Source: Bacteriovoracaceae bacterium
Lineage (GTDB): Bacteria > Bdellovibrionota > Bacteriovoracia > Bacteriovoracales > Bacteriovoracaceae
Length of the DNA: 44,820 nt
NCBI GenBank assembly: GCA_041586955.1
Contig: JBFGZE010000018.1
Coordinates: forward strand, 1 to 44,820
Direction: 5' to 3'
Of the stretch, positions 9,474 through 19,155 are shown one piece after another (within the stretch, counting starts at the first letter, position 1; each line of letters begins with the position of its first letter). Position numbers and translations under genes: made by a program. The notes under the pieces were generated by a model, which was not told the origin of the DNA, searched no databases, and saw nothing but the letters and a program-made list of their open reading frames with translations.

Positions 9474-11189
9474 ATGATAAGATCGCTTTTTATTTTCCTT
9501 TCTTTAGTATTCGTCACACTGCTCGCGCAGGCCGAGGATAGTGATTCGCAGGCCATTCAAAAATTGGAAAAGGCGCTGATCAATGATCCCAAAATCAAGC
9601 ATCATTATCAGACCTGCCAAAAACAGGATTCCAAAAGAATTGGCCGTTGTATTTGGCAGAAGTTAGGTGATAAAGAAAAAGAAGAAGTTTATAAAAAAAT
9701 GACCAGTGGCGCTTATTTTAAAGACCCAAAAGATATCCAAAAGACTAAAGAAGCTCCCCGGTATGAGGGCGTTGATACTCTTGCTCATCTACAAATCCAA
9801 ACAAAACCAAAAGATAAGGCCTATCAAAAGGTTGAGTCCTATCTCTATAAAAAATTGCAAGAGGCACTCTATAGTGATGTTAAAAATCGTAAAAATAAAA
9901 ATGGCCAAAAGCTTATGATGAACCATAAGGTTTTTCACGACCTCTATGAATCAGCAGTGTCCAAAAATATTATTTCGGGACTTACTTCCTATTGCATGGA
10001 AGCCGATGCTACTCGCCATTTTATTCTCTATAAAAGTGAGCAAACGCGGGAAAAAATTCGGAAGGAGAATATGAAAAAGCTCAATCAATTCCAAGGGGAA
10101 AGTCCGGAGGCAATGAATGATTGGGGCCTATGTATTCAATCAGTTCAATATATTTGTTACCGCGAGAAGAAAGGGCAGATCGCCTACGATAATTTTGATT
10201 TTATCTGCCCACAAAATACTGATTGTAATGAAGAAGATTATGATTATTCTCAAAACCGCGCTTGTCAATTAACAACATACCTTAAATCTTTACGGCAAAC
10301 ATTAATTCACACAGCTGATATTCAAAAAAAATGGGAGCTTCTTAAAGAAGATGAGTTCAATAAGGGCGACGCCAGTATTCAGACAGCTATCGATGTGGAT
10401 GGAGTGACTAATATTACCTCTAATGAAGCGGTCAACGACTCAGGCCTTGAACAGGCCTTAGTTGAAAAAAAGGCGCTTTTGGATCAATGTGAAAAGGCCT
10501 GGGATGAAGTCCGATGTGCACAATTCAAAGAGAACAAAGAAGAACTCGCGAAAAATATCCATGAAGCTGATTTACGATTGCATATGAAGGGTGACCAATT
10601 GGAAAAAGATATGGCCACAGATGCCGATCAAACGGTAAGGCGTTATTTGGCAGAAGAAGGCCATAGTGAGAAAGATATTGCAAAAATGTTAAGCACCAAA
10701 GAAAAGCTAGCAGCGATGCAAGAGCAAATTAAATCTCGTTATGAAAGCGAACGAGAAGCTTTACGGCGTCAATTAGCAGAAAAATTAGATGAGGGCCAGG
10801 CCTCCTCCGGTAAGGAGTCACAATCTTCCACACCCAGTATTGATGACTTTGCTGATGAAAGGGTTAAGATTAAAAAGCAGGCGGCCAAAATTAAACAATT
10901 GGTTTTTTTTAATAATATGATCTCTGGCTACTTAACCTTTGCCAGTGATGAAAAAGGCCCAGGAAAAGGTCCCGGCCGCAATACTAAGGCCCTTATGATG
11001 GAGCTAGGAAACTCCGCCTATGATCCTGGTCGTGCACCTGCTGATAGTGAGAGCAGTGACTTACATTTTGCCGTTATTAAAACTCTCCATGAAGAAAAAA
11101 ATGGTAACCTTGACTCTGGTAATAACGGTAAAGATAATAGCTCCCGCATTGAAGTGGATACTCTCAATAAAAATATTCTGAACCATTAA
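9474..11189 (+). CDS. Secreted Cys-containing, coiled-coil-rich hypothetical protein
   Basis: Signal peptide ending LLAQA, several Cys pairs, charged helical C-terminal half. AGGA Shine-Dalgarno precedes ATG 9474. Confidence 0.8.
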   Translation: MIRSLFIFLSLVFVTLLAQAEDSDSQAIQKLEKALINDPKIKHHYQTCQKQDSKRIGRCIWQKLGDKEKEEVYKKMTSGAYFKDPKDIQKTKEAPRYEGVDTLAHLQIQTKPKDKAYQKVESYLYKKLQEALYSDVKNRKNKNGQKLMMNHKVFHDLYESAVSKNIISGLTSYCMEADATRHFILYKSEQTREKIRKENMKKLNQFQGESPEAMNDWGLCIQSVQYICYREKKGQIAYDNFDFICPQNTDCNEEDYDYSQNRACQLTTYLKSLRQTLIHTADIQKKWELLKEDEFNKGDASIQTAIDVDGVTNITSNEAVNDSGLEQALVEKKALLDQCEKAWDEVRCAQFKENKEELAKNIHEADLRLHMKGDQLEKDMATDADQTVRRYLAEEGHSEKDIAKMLSTKEKLAAMQEQIKSRYESEREALRRQLAEKLDEGQASSGKESQSSTPSIDDFADERVKIKKQAAKIKQLVFFNNMISGYLTFASDEKGPGKGPGRNTKALMMELGNSAYDPGRAPADSESSDLHFAVIKTLHEEKNGNLDSGNNGKDNSSRIEVDTLNKNILNH

Positions 11190-11297
11190 AGCGTGAAGAA
11201 GTTGATCAGACTGTGTTTTACCTTCTCAGGTTCACACCGCCAATTTAGGCGGAGAGTCCTGAAAATGGTCAAAGTCATTATTTTCTATCGCCCCTTT
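11188..11297 (-). ncRNA. Candidate structured small RNA (long imperfect hairpin)
   Basis: Nested complementary blocks CCGCC/GGCGG, TCAGG/CCTGA, ACC/GGT, GACT/AGTC and GCG/CGC. Upstream minus-strand TTGGGT-N17-TAAAAT. Confidence 0.3.
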
Positions 11298-11408
11298 TTA
11301 TTTATTTTAAACGTCCCTCGTTCTTAACCCAAAATTGGTTATTTATGGCAGAACAAACGGTCTAAAAGTAGCTTATAAAGTGGCCAAAAGGGGTCTAGTG
11401 TATTGTTA

Positions 11409-12095
11409 TTATTCGCTTAACGTTTGCTTCAGCCAAGTGTACTCCTTAGCATTTTCATTACAGGGGATAAGCCGCAAGCTTTGGGCCGACATACCAAGGT
11501 AATTACCAGCAGATGTTTTATTTGTCAGGATCTGGAAGCGCTCAATCTTGTAGGGCCTAGAACTCATTTGGTGATGAATTCCTTTATGAGCATGCCGCAT
11601 TTCGACATAATCCTTGGCCTTGGAATAAAAGCGCAATTCAACTAAATGGTCATCAATCTCCACGGTGTTCATAGGAGTGTTTCCATTAGTTAATGCCTTA
11701 CAGATCGTGGCAAGCGGAGGGTGAATATCAGATAAAACTTTATTGAAAAAGAGCGTATCTTTGCGTGATTCAAAAGTTAATTCTTTATCGGTATTAGGTT
11801 GATTTAACTTTGTCTTCCATTGGTAGGTTTCCTCCTGTCCATTGCAGGTTCGCTCCTCAATATCAAATCGAAATTGATGATTGCCAAAACTTCCCAGCAT
11901 TTGGCCACGCTTAAAACGAAGAGCGTAACAAATACGTAAAGCAACACCCATTTCATCATCACCTAATGGATTACCGCCAGCAATGACGGACTTGGAAAAT
12001 TGGTTAAGGACTTGCGCCGGACGCCGCACTTTCCCGTCAGGGGTACAACCAATAGTGACAAAAGTTAAAATAAAAGTTAAATAATATCTTCTCAT
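11409..12095 (-). CDS. Hypothetical lipoprotein
   Basis: MRRYYLTFILTFVTIG-C lipobox-like signal, 228 aa. Confidence 0.75.
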   Translation of the reverse strand: MRRYYLTFILTFVTIGCTPDGKVRRPAQVLNQFSKSVIAGGNPLGDDEMGVALRICYALRFKRGQMLGSFGNHQFRFDIEERTCNGQEETYQWKTKLNQPNTDKELTFESRKDTLFFNKVLSDIHPPLATICKALTNGNTPMNTVEIDDHLVELRFYSKAKDYVEMRHAHKGIHHQMSSRPYKIERFQILTNKTSAGNYLGMSAQSLRLIPCNENAKEYTWLKQTLSE

Positions 12096-12104
12096 GCTAT
12101 TAGC

Positions 12105-12131
12105 TTATCGGAGTCATTCTGCGGAGTTTTA
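12105..12131 (-). promoter_or_regulatory. Sigma-28-type promoter
   Basis: Minus strand TAAA-N15-TCCGATAA, ending 9 nt before the lipoprotein ATG. Confidence 0.65.
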
Positions 12132-12142
12132 GGGATTAATTA

Positions 12143-12955
12143 ATGGAAAAGAAAAAACAATGGTGCAATTTTCAAGGAGACTTAGGTGAGTATCGAGTCG
12201 TTAAAACCGACGACGGTAGTCAGACTCTCCATTCGACCCATTTTGATGAGGCCTGTCACTCTACTCACGGGGCCTACGCAGAGACTGTTTATAATTATAT
12301 CGAAGGCTGTGAAATCGCCCACCAATTACAGGAGAAGGATGAGTTATGGATTTTGGACGTTGGTTTTGGCGCGGGTCTGGGGGCACGCGCTCTCATCGAC
12401 CTATTGGAGCAATTACCAAGTAACCCCAAAAGAAAGATCCACTACCTTTCTGTCGAGCTTGATCAAGAGCTCACCATCTGGGCATTAGAGCATGGCCTCC
12501 CGCAACCACTCCCCTATAGCTTGATGGCGATAACCGAGGAAGTCGCTTCCCTATCTTTTAATCATGGTCAACTCCTTGGACAGGTCTTAATAGGAGATGC
12601 TCGCCAAACTATCCCGGCCTTTAAACAAGCATTCCCAAAGGTCAGCTTAAACGCCATTTTTCAAGATGCCTTTTCCCCTAAAAAAAACCCTTCACTCTGG
12701 ACCCAGGAATGGTTTGAGCTCCTTAAATCATTTTCTGCTCCAGATGCCTTGATGACCACCTATAGCGCCTCCATCGGTGTTCGTAAGGCCATGTTTCAGG
12801 CAGGATGGCCAGTTTTTAACTTCCCTGGCTTTGGTCAAAAACGACAGGCCACAAAATGTGTTCGGGGTCTGGAAATGAACCCTGAAATGACCAAAAAGCT
12901 AACCACTGGCAATTCAATTGCTCTTAAGGATTGTCTTATAGGCCTAGGAGAGTAG
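12143..12955 (+). CDS. mnmD: tRNA mnm5s2U34 methyltransferase (stand-alone MnmC methyltransferase domain, MnmD-like)
   Basis: TDDGSQTLHS...EACHSTHGA, DVGFGAGLG, QDAFSPKKNPSLW and TYSAS motifs. Confidence 0.85.
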   Translation: MEKKKQWCNFQGDLGEYRVVKTDDGSQTLHSTHFDEACHSTHGAYAETVYNYIEGCEIAHQLQEKDELWILDVGFGAGLGARALIDLLEQLPSNPKRKIHYLSVELDQELTIWALEHGLPQPLPYSLMAITEEVASLSFNHGQLLGQVLIGDARQTIPAFKQAFPKVSLNAIFQDAFSPKKNPSLWTQEWFELLKSFSAPDALMTTYSASIGVRKAMFQAGWPVFNFPGFGQKRQATKCVRGLEMNPEMTKKLTTGNSIALKDCLIGLGE

Positions 12956-13027
12956 TTTTTTTTCTAAAACTGGCCTTCTATGATGTAAAATAATATCTGG
13001 TGAGACTTTTATATTAGGAAGGAGGGC

Positions 13028-14377
13028 TTGATGGCCCAATGTTTAATTTTAGAAGAGCGTAAAGAGTGGCGAGAGCTTCTCCAGTGGAATTTGAAGCATC
13101 GACTAGGTGTCGAGCCCATGTCTAAAGATAATGTCGATGAAGGTATTGCCCTTCTTGATCTCTTACCCTCTATTCAAACCGTTCTCCTATCGCCCCAAAA
13201 GGCCCAGAAATTATTCGGCCATGAAGACTTTAACCGACACGATGCCGACTTCGTCATTCTTGGTGACTATGAAGGCCATCTACCGGACGGGATTAAGCCG
13301 CATATTATTGACCGTCTCGACGATGAAAAAGTTGTTCTTTATGCCATCGCCACCATTTTGGCGATCAACCCTGATGAATTACAAAAGAAGCTCACTCCGG
13401 AGTTCATTCCCGTTGAACCCTATTTTTTTTATACTTTAGGAAGCTCCATTGTCGACATTTATATTCGGATTAAAAAAGGGCCAATGACCTTTCAATACGT
13501 AAAGCGATTGCATGCCGGTGATAGCTTTGACAAAAAAGATATCGTTCATTACGAAGGGCAAGGTCTCAAGTTTTTTTATATCCCTAAAAGGCAATTTGAA
13601 GCGTTTTCAAACTTTCTTTCTAATCACCTTATTGATCGTTTAGAAAATATCGGTAATTTACCTTTGGAGCAACGGATGCCAATTTTATCGAAAGGCTTCC
13701 ACGCGGCACACGCTCAAATTATGGCCCTCGGTCTGAATCATCCCAATATTCAACTAAGCGAGTCAGTAATATCAGGCGTGCTTCATAGTATATACGAGAA
13801 GGCGCAAACCAGTGACTTGGTCAAAAAAGTGATTAATTCCGGGACCGGGAAAATGTATCAACAATGCCATATGATCTCAATGATAGCAGGACAAGTATTG
13901 AGCTTTATGGACTATCAAGATAGTGCCATCCACCGTGAGATGGCATTTGCCGCGTTTTATCATGATATTTCTTTGGCCAATCACCAAGAATTATTTCAAA
14001 TCGATAGCGAAAACGCTTTAAAACAGGCCAATCTCAAAAAAGAGCAACAGTCTTTAGTTCTTAACCACGCCTTGAATTCTGCGAAGATTTTAAAAGATCA
14101 CCCTGAAATCCCCCAAGGAACTTATAATCTCGTTTTACACCATCATGGCTCCCTTAACGGTATAGGTTTCTATCCTGATGACACCAAAAAGATTCCTGGC
14201 CTTTCTAAAATTTTTATTGTGGTCTGTGAATTCGTCACAGAATTGATGAGATTCAAGGAGGCCGGTGGACAAGGGATACAAGTTCTCGATACTCTCTATC
14301 AAAAATTTCAATCAGAGGATATGGCCAAAGTTGTGGTGACATTAGAAAATTCATTCCGACGACAAAAAAGGCCTTAA
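13028..14377 (+). CDS. Degenerate REC domain plus HD-GYP-like protein
   Basis: N-terminal REC-like region. C-terminal FYHDIS, H...SAKIL and HHHGSLNGIGFYP (HHExxDGxGYP-like). Confidence 0.7.
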   Translation: MMAQCLILEERKEWRELLQWNLKHRLGVEPMSKDNVDEGIALLDLLPSIQTVLLSPQKAQKLFGHEDFNRHDADFVILGDYEGHLPDGIKPHIIDRLDDEKVVLYAIATILAINPDELQKKLTPEFIPVEPYFFYTLGSSIVDIYIRIKKGPMTFQYVKRLHAGDSFDKKDIVHYEGQGLKFFYIPKRQFEAFSNFLSNHLIDRLENIGNLPLEQRMPILSKGFHAAHAQIMALGLNHPNIQLSESVISGVLHSIYEKAQTSDLVKKVINSGTGKMYQQCHMISMIAGQVLSFMDYQDSAIHREMAFAAFYHDISLANHQELFQIDSENALKQANLKKEQQSLVLNHALNSAKILKDHPEIPQGTYNLVLHHHGSLNGIGFYPDDTKKIPGLSKIFIVVCEFVTELMRFKEAGGQGIQVLDTLYQKFQSEDMAKVVVTLENSFRRQKRP

Positions 14378-14386
14378 GGCAAATTA

Positions 14387-15322
14387 ATGACGAATTATTT
14401 AACTCAGTTGCTTGGTATTAAATACCCCATTATTCAAGGGGGGATGGTTTGGGTCTCGGGCGCCAAATTGGCGGCAGCAGCATCTAATGCAGGAGCTTTA
14501 GGCCTGATTGGAGCAGGCTCTATGAAACCAGACCTTTTACGGCAGCATATTCTTAAATGCCAAACCTTAACTGATAAACCCTTTGGGGTGAATGTCCCTT
14601 TGCTCTATAAAGATACAGAAAAACAAATTCAAACTGCGCTCGATTTGGGGGTGCGAATTTTTTTTACATCGGCAGGAAGCCCTAAAAAGATGACCAACTT
14701 TTTAAAAAAGGAAGGTGCGACCGTCGTTCATGTGACAAGTTCTCCCTTATTGGCCAAAAAATGTGAAGACGCCGGAGTCGATGCCGTTGTCGCTGAGGGC
14801 TTTGAGGCTGGAGGTCATAATGGGCGTGATGAAATCACAACGATGAATCTTATTCCACAAGTCGTGGATGCAGTGAATATTCCCGTCATCGCGGCCGGTG
14901 GAATTGGGACTGGACGGCAAATGCTTGCGGCCATTAGTCTCGGTGCTGATGCCGTGCAAGTTGGAACTCGCTTTGCGGCCACTATAGAATCTTCTGCCCA
15001 TGATAATTTCAAACAGGCAATCGTCAATGCCGGCTTTGGTGATACTAAATTGATGATGAAAAGTTTAGTTCCGGTACGCCTTCTCAAAAATCATTTTTAT
15101 GAAGAAGTCGAAGAAATGGAATCGCGATGTGCCAGCGTTGAGGAATTACGAGAACTTCTCGGAAAGGGTCGTGCCAAGGCGGGGATGCTTGAGGGTGATC
15201 TTGAACGGGGAGAATTAGAAATTGGCCAGGTGTCGGCCATGATTCACGATCTCCCCACAACGGCAGAAGTTGTGGGGAGATTTATCAAAGAGTATCAAGA
15301 GGCCAAGGACCGCTTATTATAA
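14387..15322 (+). CDS. Nitronate monooxygenase / FabK-like flavin oxidoreductase
   Basis: YPIIQGGM, PFGVN, EGFEAGGHNG, PVIAAGGI and VQVGTRF motifs. Confidence 0.92.
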   Translation: MTNYLTQLLGIKYPIIQGGMVWVSGAKLAAAASNAGALGLIGAGSMKPDLLRQHILKCQTLTDKPFGVNVPLLYKDTEKQIQTALDLGVRIFFTSAGSPKKMTNFLKKEGATVVHVTSSPLLAKKCEDAGVDAVVAEGFEAGGHNGRDEITTMNLIPQVVDAVNIPVIAAGGIGTGRQMLAAISLGADAVQVGTRFAATIESSAHDNFKQAIVNAGFGDTKLMMKSLVPVRLLKNHFYEEVEEMESRCASVEELRELLGKGRAKAGMLEGDLERGELEIGQVSAMIHDLPTTAEVVGRFIKEYQEAKDRLL

Positions 15323-16207
15323 GCGGCCAAGGGCCTTAATTCTTTTATCTAAGGAAGGATGTGAACTAAAAAGCTCCATCATCGCTGATTTACTAGAGAT
15401 TTGCATTGCCTGAAATTGCTGACTTTGATGAGACTCTACCTTATTTTCCGCTAACTGAGGATAAGAACGCTTCAATGCCTCAAGCGCCATCACCATTTTA
15501 TGAGGCCCCACTAAACTCGCAGCACCAGCATCGGCACGGTACTCACGCCAACGGGAAAACCACATCACGATTGGTAAAGTCAATAGGCCAAAGGCCATTT
15601 GAAAGACTTGATAGGCGATCATATAGCCAAAAAAGCCAAGACCCCCACCACGCTTATCATCATCACCACGCATCGCCTGCTCAAGGGCAAAAGTCGCCAC
15701 ACGTGCCAAAAACATCACAAAGGCATTGACCACACCCTGAACCAACGCCATAGTCACCATATCACCATTGGCAATATGAGAAACTTCATGGGCCAAGACC
15801 GCCTCTGCTTCCGACTCATTCATTTGCTGTAAAAGTCCCGAAGAAACTGCAACTAATGAATTATTCCGGCTGGGCCCTGTCGCAAAGGCATTAACGTCAT
15901 CTGACTGGAAAATATATACTTCAGGCATCTTGGTTAGACCGGCCCTTTTGGCCAATTGATGAACTTTATTCTCAATGGCCGATCCAGCAGGTTCGAGGCC
16001 ATAGGCCATTTTCGCCATCCATTTCGAAATTAAGAGAGAAATAAATGAACCAGCACCACCCCAAATAAGGCACATAATCATGAGACTTTCATAATTAATC
16101 CCGTAGGCAGTCATATAAGGTTCAAGACCCAGAACCTGGGTGATGATCGTGACCATTGCAATAACCAAAATATTGGTTAGGACAAATAATGAAACCCGCT
16201 TAAACAT
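15317..16207 (-). CDS. htpX: Membrane zinc metalloprotease HtpX
   Basis: NAFATG, AHEVSHIANGDMVT, FSRWREYRADAGAA and SHPSL motifs. GGAGG Shine-Dalgarno precedes ATG 16207. Confidence 0.96.
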   Translation of the reverse strand: MFKRVSLFVLTNILVIAMVTIITQVLGLEPYMTAYGINYESLMIMCLIWGGAGSFISLLISKWMAKMAYGLEPAGSAIENKVHQLAKRAGLTKMPEVYIFQSDDVNAFATGPSRNNSLVAVSSGLLQQMNESEAEAVLAHEVSHIANGDMVTMALVQGVVNAFVMFLARVATFALEQAMRGDDDKRGGGLGFFGYMIAYQVFQMAFGLLTLPIVMWFSRWREYRADAGAASLVGPHKMVMALEALKRSYPQLAENKVESHQSQQFQAMQISSKSAMMELFSSHPSLDKRIKALGRL

Positions 16208-16240
16208 GAAATCCTCCGTTAATCTAAGGGTATGGCCATA

Positions 16241-16268
16241 TAATGGCGTTATTATTTTAAGTGTCAAG
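16241..16268 (-). promoter_or_regulatory. Sigma-32-like heat-shock promoter of htpX
   Basis: CTTGAC-N14-CGCCATTA, against consensus CTTGAA-N13/14-CCCCATNT. htpX is a classic RpoH target. Confidence 0.5.
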
Positions 16269-16310
16269 GCACATGGGCGCTCTTACAACTATTTTAAGGT
16301 CAATTTATTG

Positions 16311-16337
16311 TAAAATTTTACAATTTTTGACCGATAC
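16311..16337 (+). promoter_or_regulatory. Sigma-28-type promoter
   Basis: TAAA-N15-ACCGATAC upstream of the channel gene. Confidence 0.6.
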
Positions 16338-16384
16338 GTAAATAAATAAAATTAAAGAGTTATCGCAAAAGGAATGAGCGCAAT

Positions 16385-17686
16385 ATGCTTGGTCAAGTGG
16401 CACTGACAAAAAAGGAATTAATTTGGATTTTCGTCGTCTTTTGGTCGGTGGTTTTTACTGCCGTAGAAGCGCCCTATAGCTTTACCTTTGAAACACGTCT
16501 GCAAACCTGGCAATTATGGACTGATGCCCTTTTCACTATTCTTTTTAGTTTTGATCTCGTTAAAAATGTCCGACAACATCTATCAGAAATGAAAAAGGCC
16601 GATGATCAGGTGCGGCGTCATATATACCCAGATAATCGCTTTCTCTTTGGCCTTTCGGTCTTAGTCGATTTTTTAGCGACTATTCCCTTTGATATTATCT
16701 TTTATTTGATTGGATTAACTCACTTTAACCACGCGCTTAAGCTAATTCGACTTTGTCGTTTAGTTCGAATCGTTAAGCTTTTTCATATTCTTGAACAATT
16801 TACCGTCGTTCCTAAAGTTGTCAAAATGCAATTCATTTTGGTTTTTTCTATGGTTTTAGTTCATTGGATCGCCTGTCTTTGGCTTCTAGTACAACCGATG
16901 GAGGGCAGTACACAGGCCCAGCAATACATCACGAGCGTTTATTGGACTATCACAACACTAACCACCATTGGTTATGGTGATATTACTCCTGCCACCATTC
17001 CTGCGAAATTATTTACTATGGTTATTATGATTTTGGGCGTTGGTGTTTATGGTGTGGTCATTGGTAATATCTCGCGTATGTTTGCAGAGAGTGATCGCTA
17101 CCAAGAAAAGACTCGTGAGAAATTTAATGACCTCAGTATGTTTATGAAGCATTACAATATCCCCAAAAAACTACAGCAGTCGGTTTTCTCCTACTATCAG
17201 CATATTTTTAATCAGCGCCTTTCAGATAATGACACCAAAATTATTTCAGAACTCCCGCAAACTTTGCAGGAAGAGATTCAACTCTATATGAATATTAAAA
17301 TGATCCGGGCCTTGCCCATATTTAAGTTTTGTTCCATTCCATGCTTGAAAGAAGTTGCTCAGGCCTTAGAAAAAAACTCGTTATCTCCTGGTGATTATGC
17401 CATCAAGGCCGGAGATATAGGCCATGAGATGTTTATCTTGGCCCATGGAGCGGTCGATATTATTCTGGGAGATGGCCAGGTGGTGGCAAGTCTCCAAGAA
17501 GGTCAATTTTTTGGAGAAGCGGCACTTCTTAAAGAAACCACTCGAAATGCTGATGTGCGTGCTCAATCCTATTGTGACCTTTACCAACTCAATAAAGATG
17601 ATTTTCTCAATATCATTAAAAGTTATCCCGAGTTACTACATAGTTTAGAGGATGTCGCCAATAAGCGTCAAAAAGACAAAAGCTAG
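16385..17686 (+). CDS. Cyclic-nucleotide-gated K+ channel (6TM, C-linker, cNMP-binding domain)
   Basis: S4 LKLIRLCRLVRIVK, selectivity filter TTIGYGD, cNBD FFGEAALL...RNADVRA. Confidence 0.95.
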   Translation: MLGQVALTKKELIWIFVVFWSVVFTAVEAPYSFTFETRLQTWQLWTDALFTILFSFDLVKNVRQHLSEMKKADDQVRRHIYPDNRFLFGLSVLVDFLATIPFDIIFYLIGLTHFNHALKLIRLCRLVRIVKLFHILEQFTVVPKVVKMQFILVFSMVLVHWIACLWLLVQPMEGSTQAQQYITSVYWTITTLTTIGYGDITPATIPAKLFTMVIMILGVGVYGVVIGNISRMFAESDRYQEKTREKFNDLSMFMKHYNIPKKLQQSVFSYYQHIFNQRLSDNDTKIISELPQTLQEEIQLYMNIKMIRALPIFKFCSIPCLKEVAQALEKNSLSPGDYAIKAGDIGHEMFILAHGAVDIILGDGQVVASLQEGQFFGEAALLKETTRNADVRAQSYCDLYQLNKDDFLNIIKSYPELLHSLEDVANKRQKDKS

Positions 17687-17769
17687 CTCCTCTCGTGTTT
17701 CATAGTGCATTGTTCATTTCCTCCCTATAAAAAGACAGTTAGAGTTAAAGGCCATACTTTGGAGGTCAA

Positions 17770-19155
17770 ATGTTTGCAAAAGAGAAGGCCCAAGCGCTTA
17801 TCGATCACGCTCTCAGTAAAGGAGCGGATTTCGCAGAAATATTCGTTGAAAAAAATCGTCAAGAAAGTCTTAAAATTGTTGGTCAAGATGTTCAAGGCAT
17901 TACAGGGGGCGTTGATTTTGGCATCGGCATTCGCCTTATTTATGGTACGCAGGTTCTCTATGGTTATACCAATTCCACAGAGCTCGAAGAGCTTATGCGC
18001 ATCACCAACCTCATTGCTAAAAATGAGGATCCCAGCACTGCCGCGAAGGCATTTGGCAAGATTATTCCCGCCAAGGCCTTTCACCCCATTGAAAACCAAC
18101 TCGGTAATGATTTTCCCTTAGAGCAAAAGCTCAATTATCTTAAAACTATGACTCAAAGCATGATGGATCAAGGAGAAAAAATCGTCCAAGCGAACGCCTC
18201 CTCCTTACAAAGACATCAGTCCATTATGCTTTTTAATAGTGATGGTGTCGCAGTAGAAGACGAACGCCATTATATGCGCGTTGTCGGTCAAAGTGTCGCT
18301 CAAGATGGCCCTGACCAAACCTCGGGTTATGAAGCTCCTGGTGCCATGCAGGGTTGGGAGTTTACCAATGGCGTTGATCCCAAGAAAATTGGATCACAAG
18401 TGGCGGCCTTGGCCTTAACTAAACTTCAGGCCAAAGAATGCCCCGCTGGGCGTATGCCAGTTATCATTGATAATGGTTTTGGTGGTGTGATTTTTCATGA
18501 GGCCTGCGGTCATCTTCTTGAAACCACCTCCGTTGCTAAAAAGGCCTCGGTCTTTCACGATAAAATGGGCGAAATGATTGCCAACCCCGTCGTTAATGCT
18601 GTTGATGATGGCACCATTCAAAATGCCTGGGGATCGATCAACCTCGATGATGAGGGAATGGCCACCCAACACACCCAATTAATTAAAGACGGTAAACTAG
18701 AGAGTTTCCTTGTCGATAAAGTGGGAGCGATGCAAACAGGTTATGAGCGCACCGGTTCTGGCCGTCGTCAATCCTATAAATTCGCGCCCGCCAGTCGGAT
18801 GAGAAATACTTTTATTGAGCCAGGAGAGCACTCACTTGATGCTATGATTTCAACGATAGATAAAGGTATTTATTGTAAAAAAATGGGTGGAGGTTCTGTC
18901 TCTCCAGGAACCGGAGAGTTTAATTTTGCTTCGATTGAGGCCTATATGGTGGAAAATGGTAAAGTCACTCATCCATTAAAGGCCGCTACCCTTATTGGTT
19001 CAGGCCCAGAGGTTCTAAAGCAAATTTCGATGGTAGGCAATAATTTTGAATTAGCGGCCGGTATGTGCGGCTCTGTCTCAGGTTCCATACCCACCACAGT
19101 CGGGCAAGCGGCCATTAAAATTGATGATATTCTGGTTGGAGGACAAAGCGCATGA
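17770..19155 (+). CDS. tldD: TldD metalloprotease subunit
   Basis: GADFAEIF, FHEACGHLLE, DDEG, GSGRRQSY...RMRNT and GMCGS motifs. Confidence 0.95.
   Translation: MFAKEKAQALIDHALSKGADFAEIFVEKNRQESLKIVGQDVQGITGGVDFGIGIRLIYGTQVLYGYTNSTELEELMRITNLIAKNEDPSTAAKAFGKIIPAKAFHPIENQLGNDFPLEQKLNYLKTMTQSMMDQGEKIVQANASSLQRHQSIMLFNSDGVAVEDERHYMRVVGQSVAQDGPDQTSGYEAPGAMQGWEFTNGVDPKKIGSQVAALALTKLQAKECPAGRMPVIIDNGFGGVIFHEACGHLLETTSVAKKASVFHDKMGEMIANPVVNAVDDGTIQNAWGSINLDDEGMATQHTQLIKDGKLESFLVDKVGAMQTGYERTGSGRRQSYKFAPASRMRNTFIEPGEHSLDAMISTIDKGIYCKKMGGGSVSPGTGEFNFASIEAYMVENGKVTHPLKAATLIGSGPEVLKQISMVGNNFELAAGMCGSVSGSIPTTVGQAAIKIDDILVGGQSA

Noticed and set aside
11188..11297. SRP (4.5S) or 6S RNA
   Set aside because: Lacks the SRP GNRA loop and AGCAG motif, and is too short for 6S with no clear central bubble.
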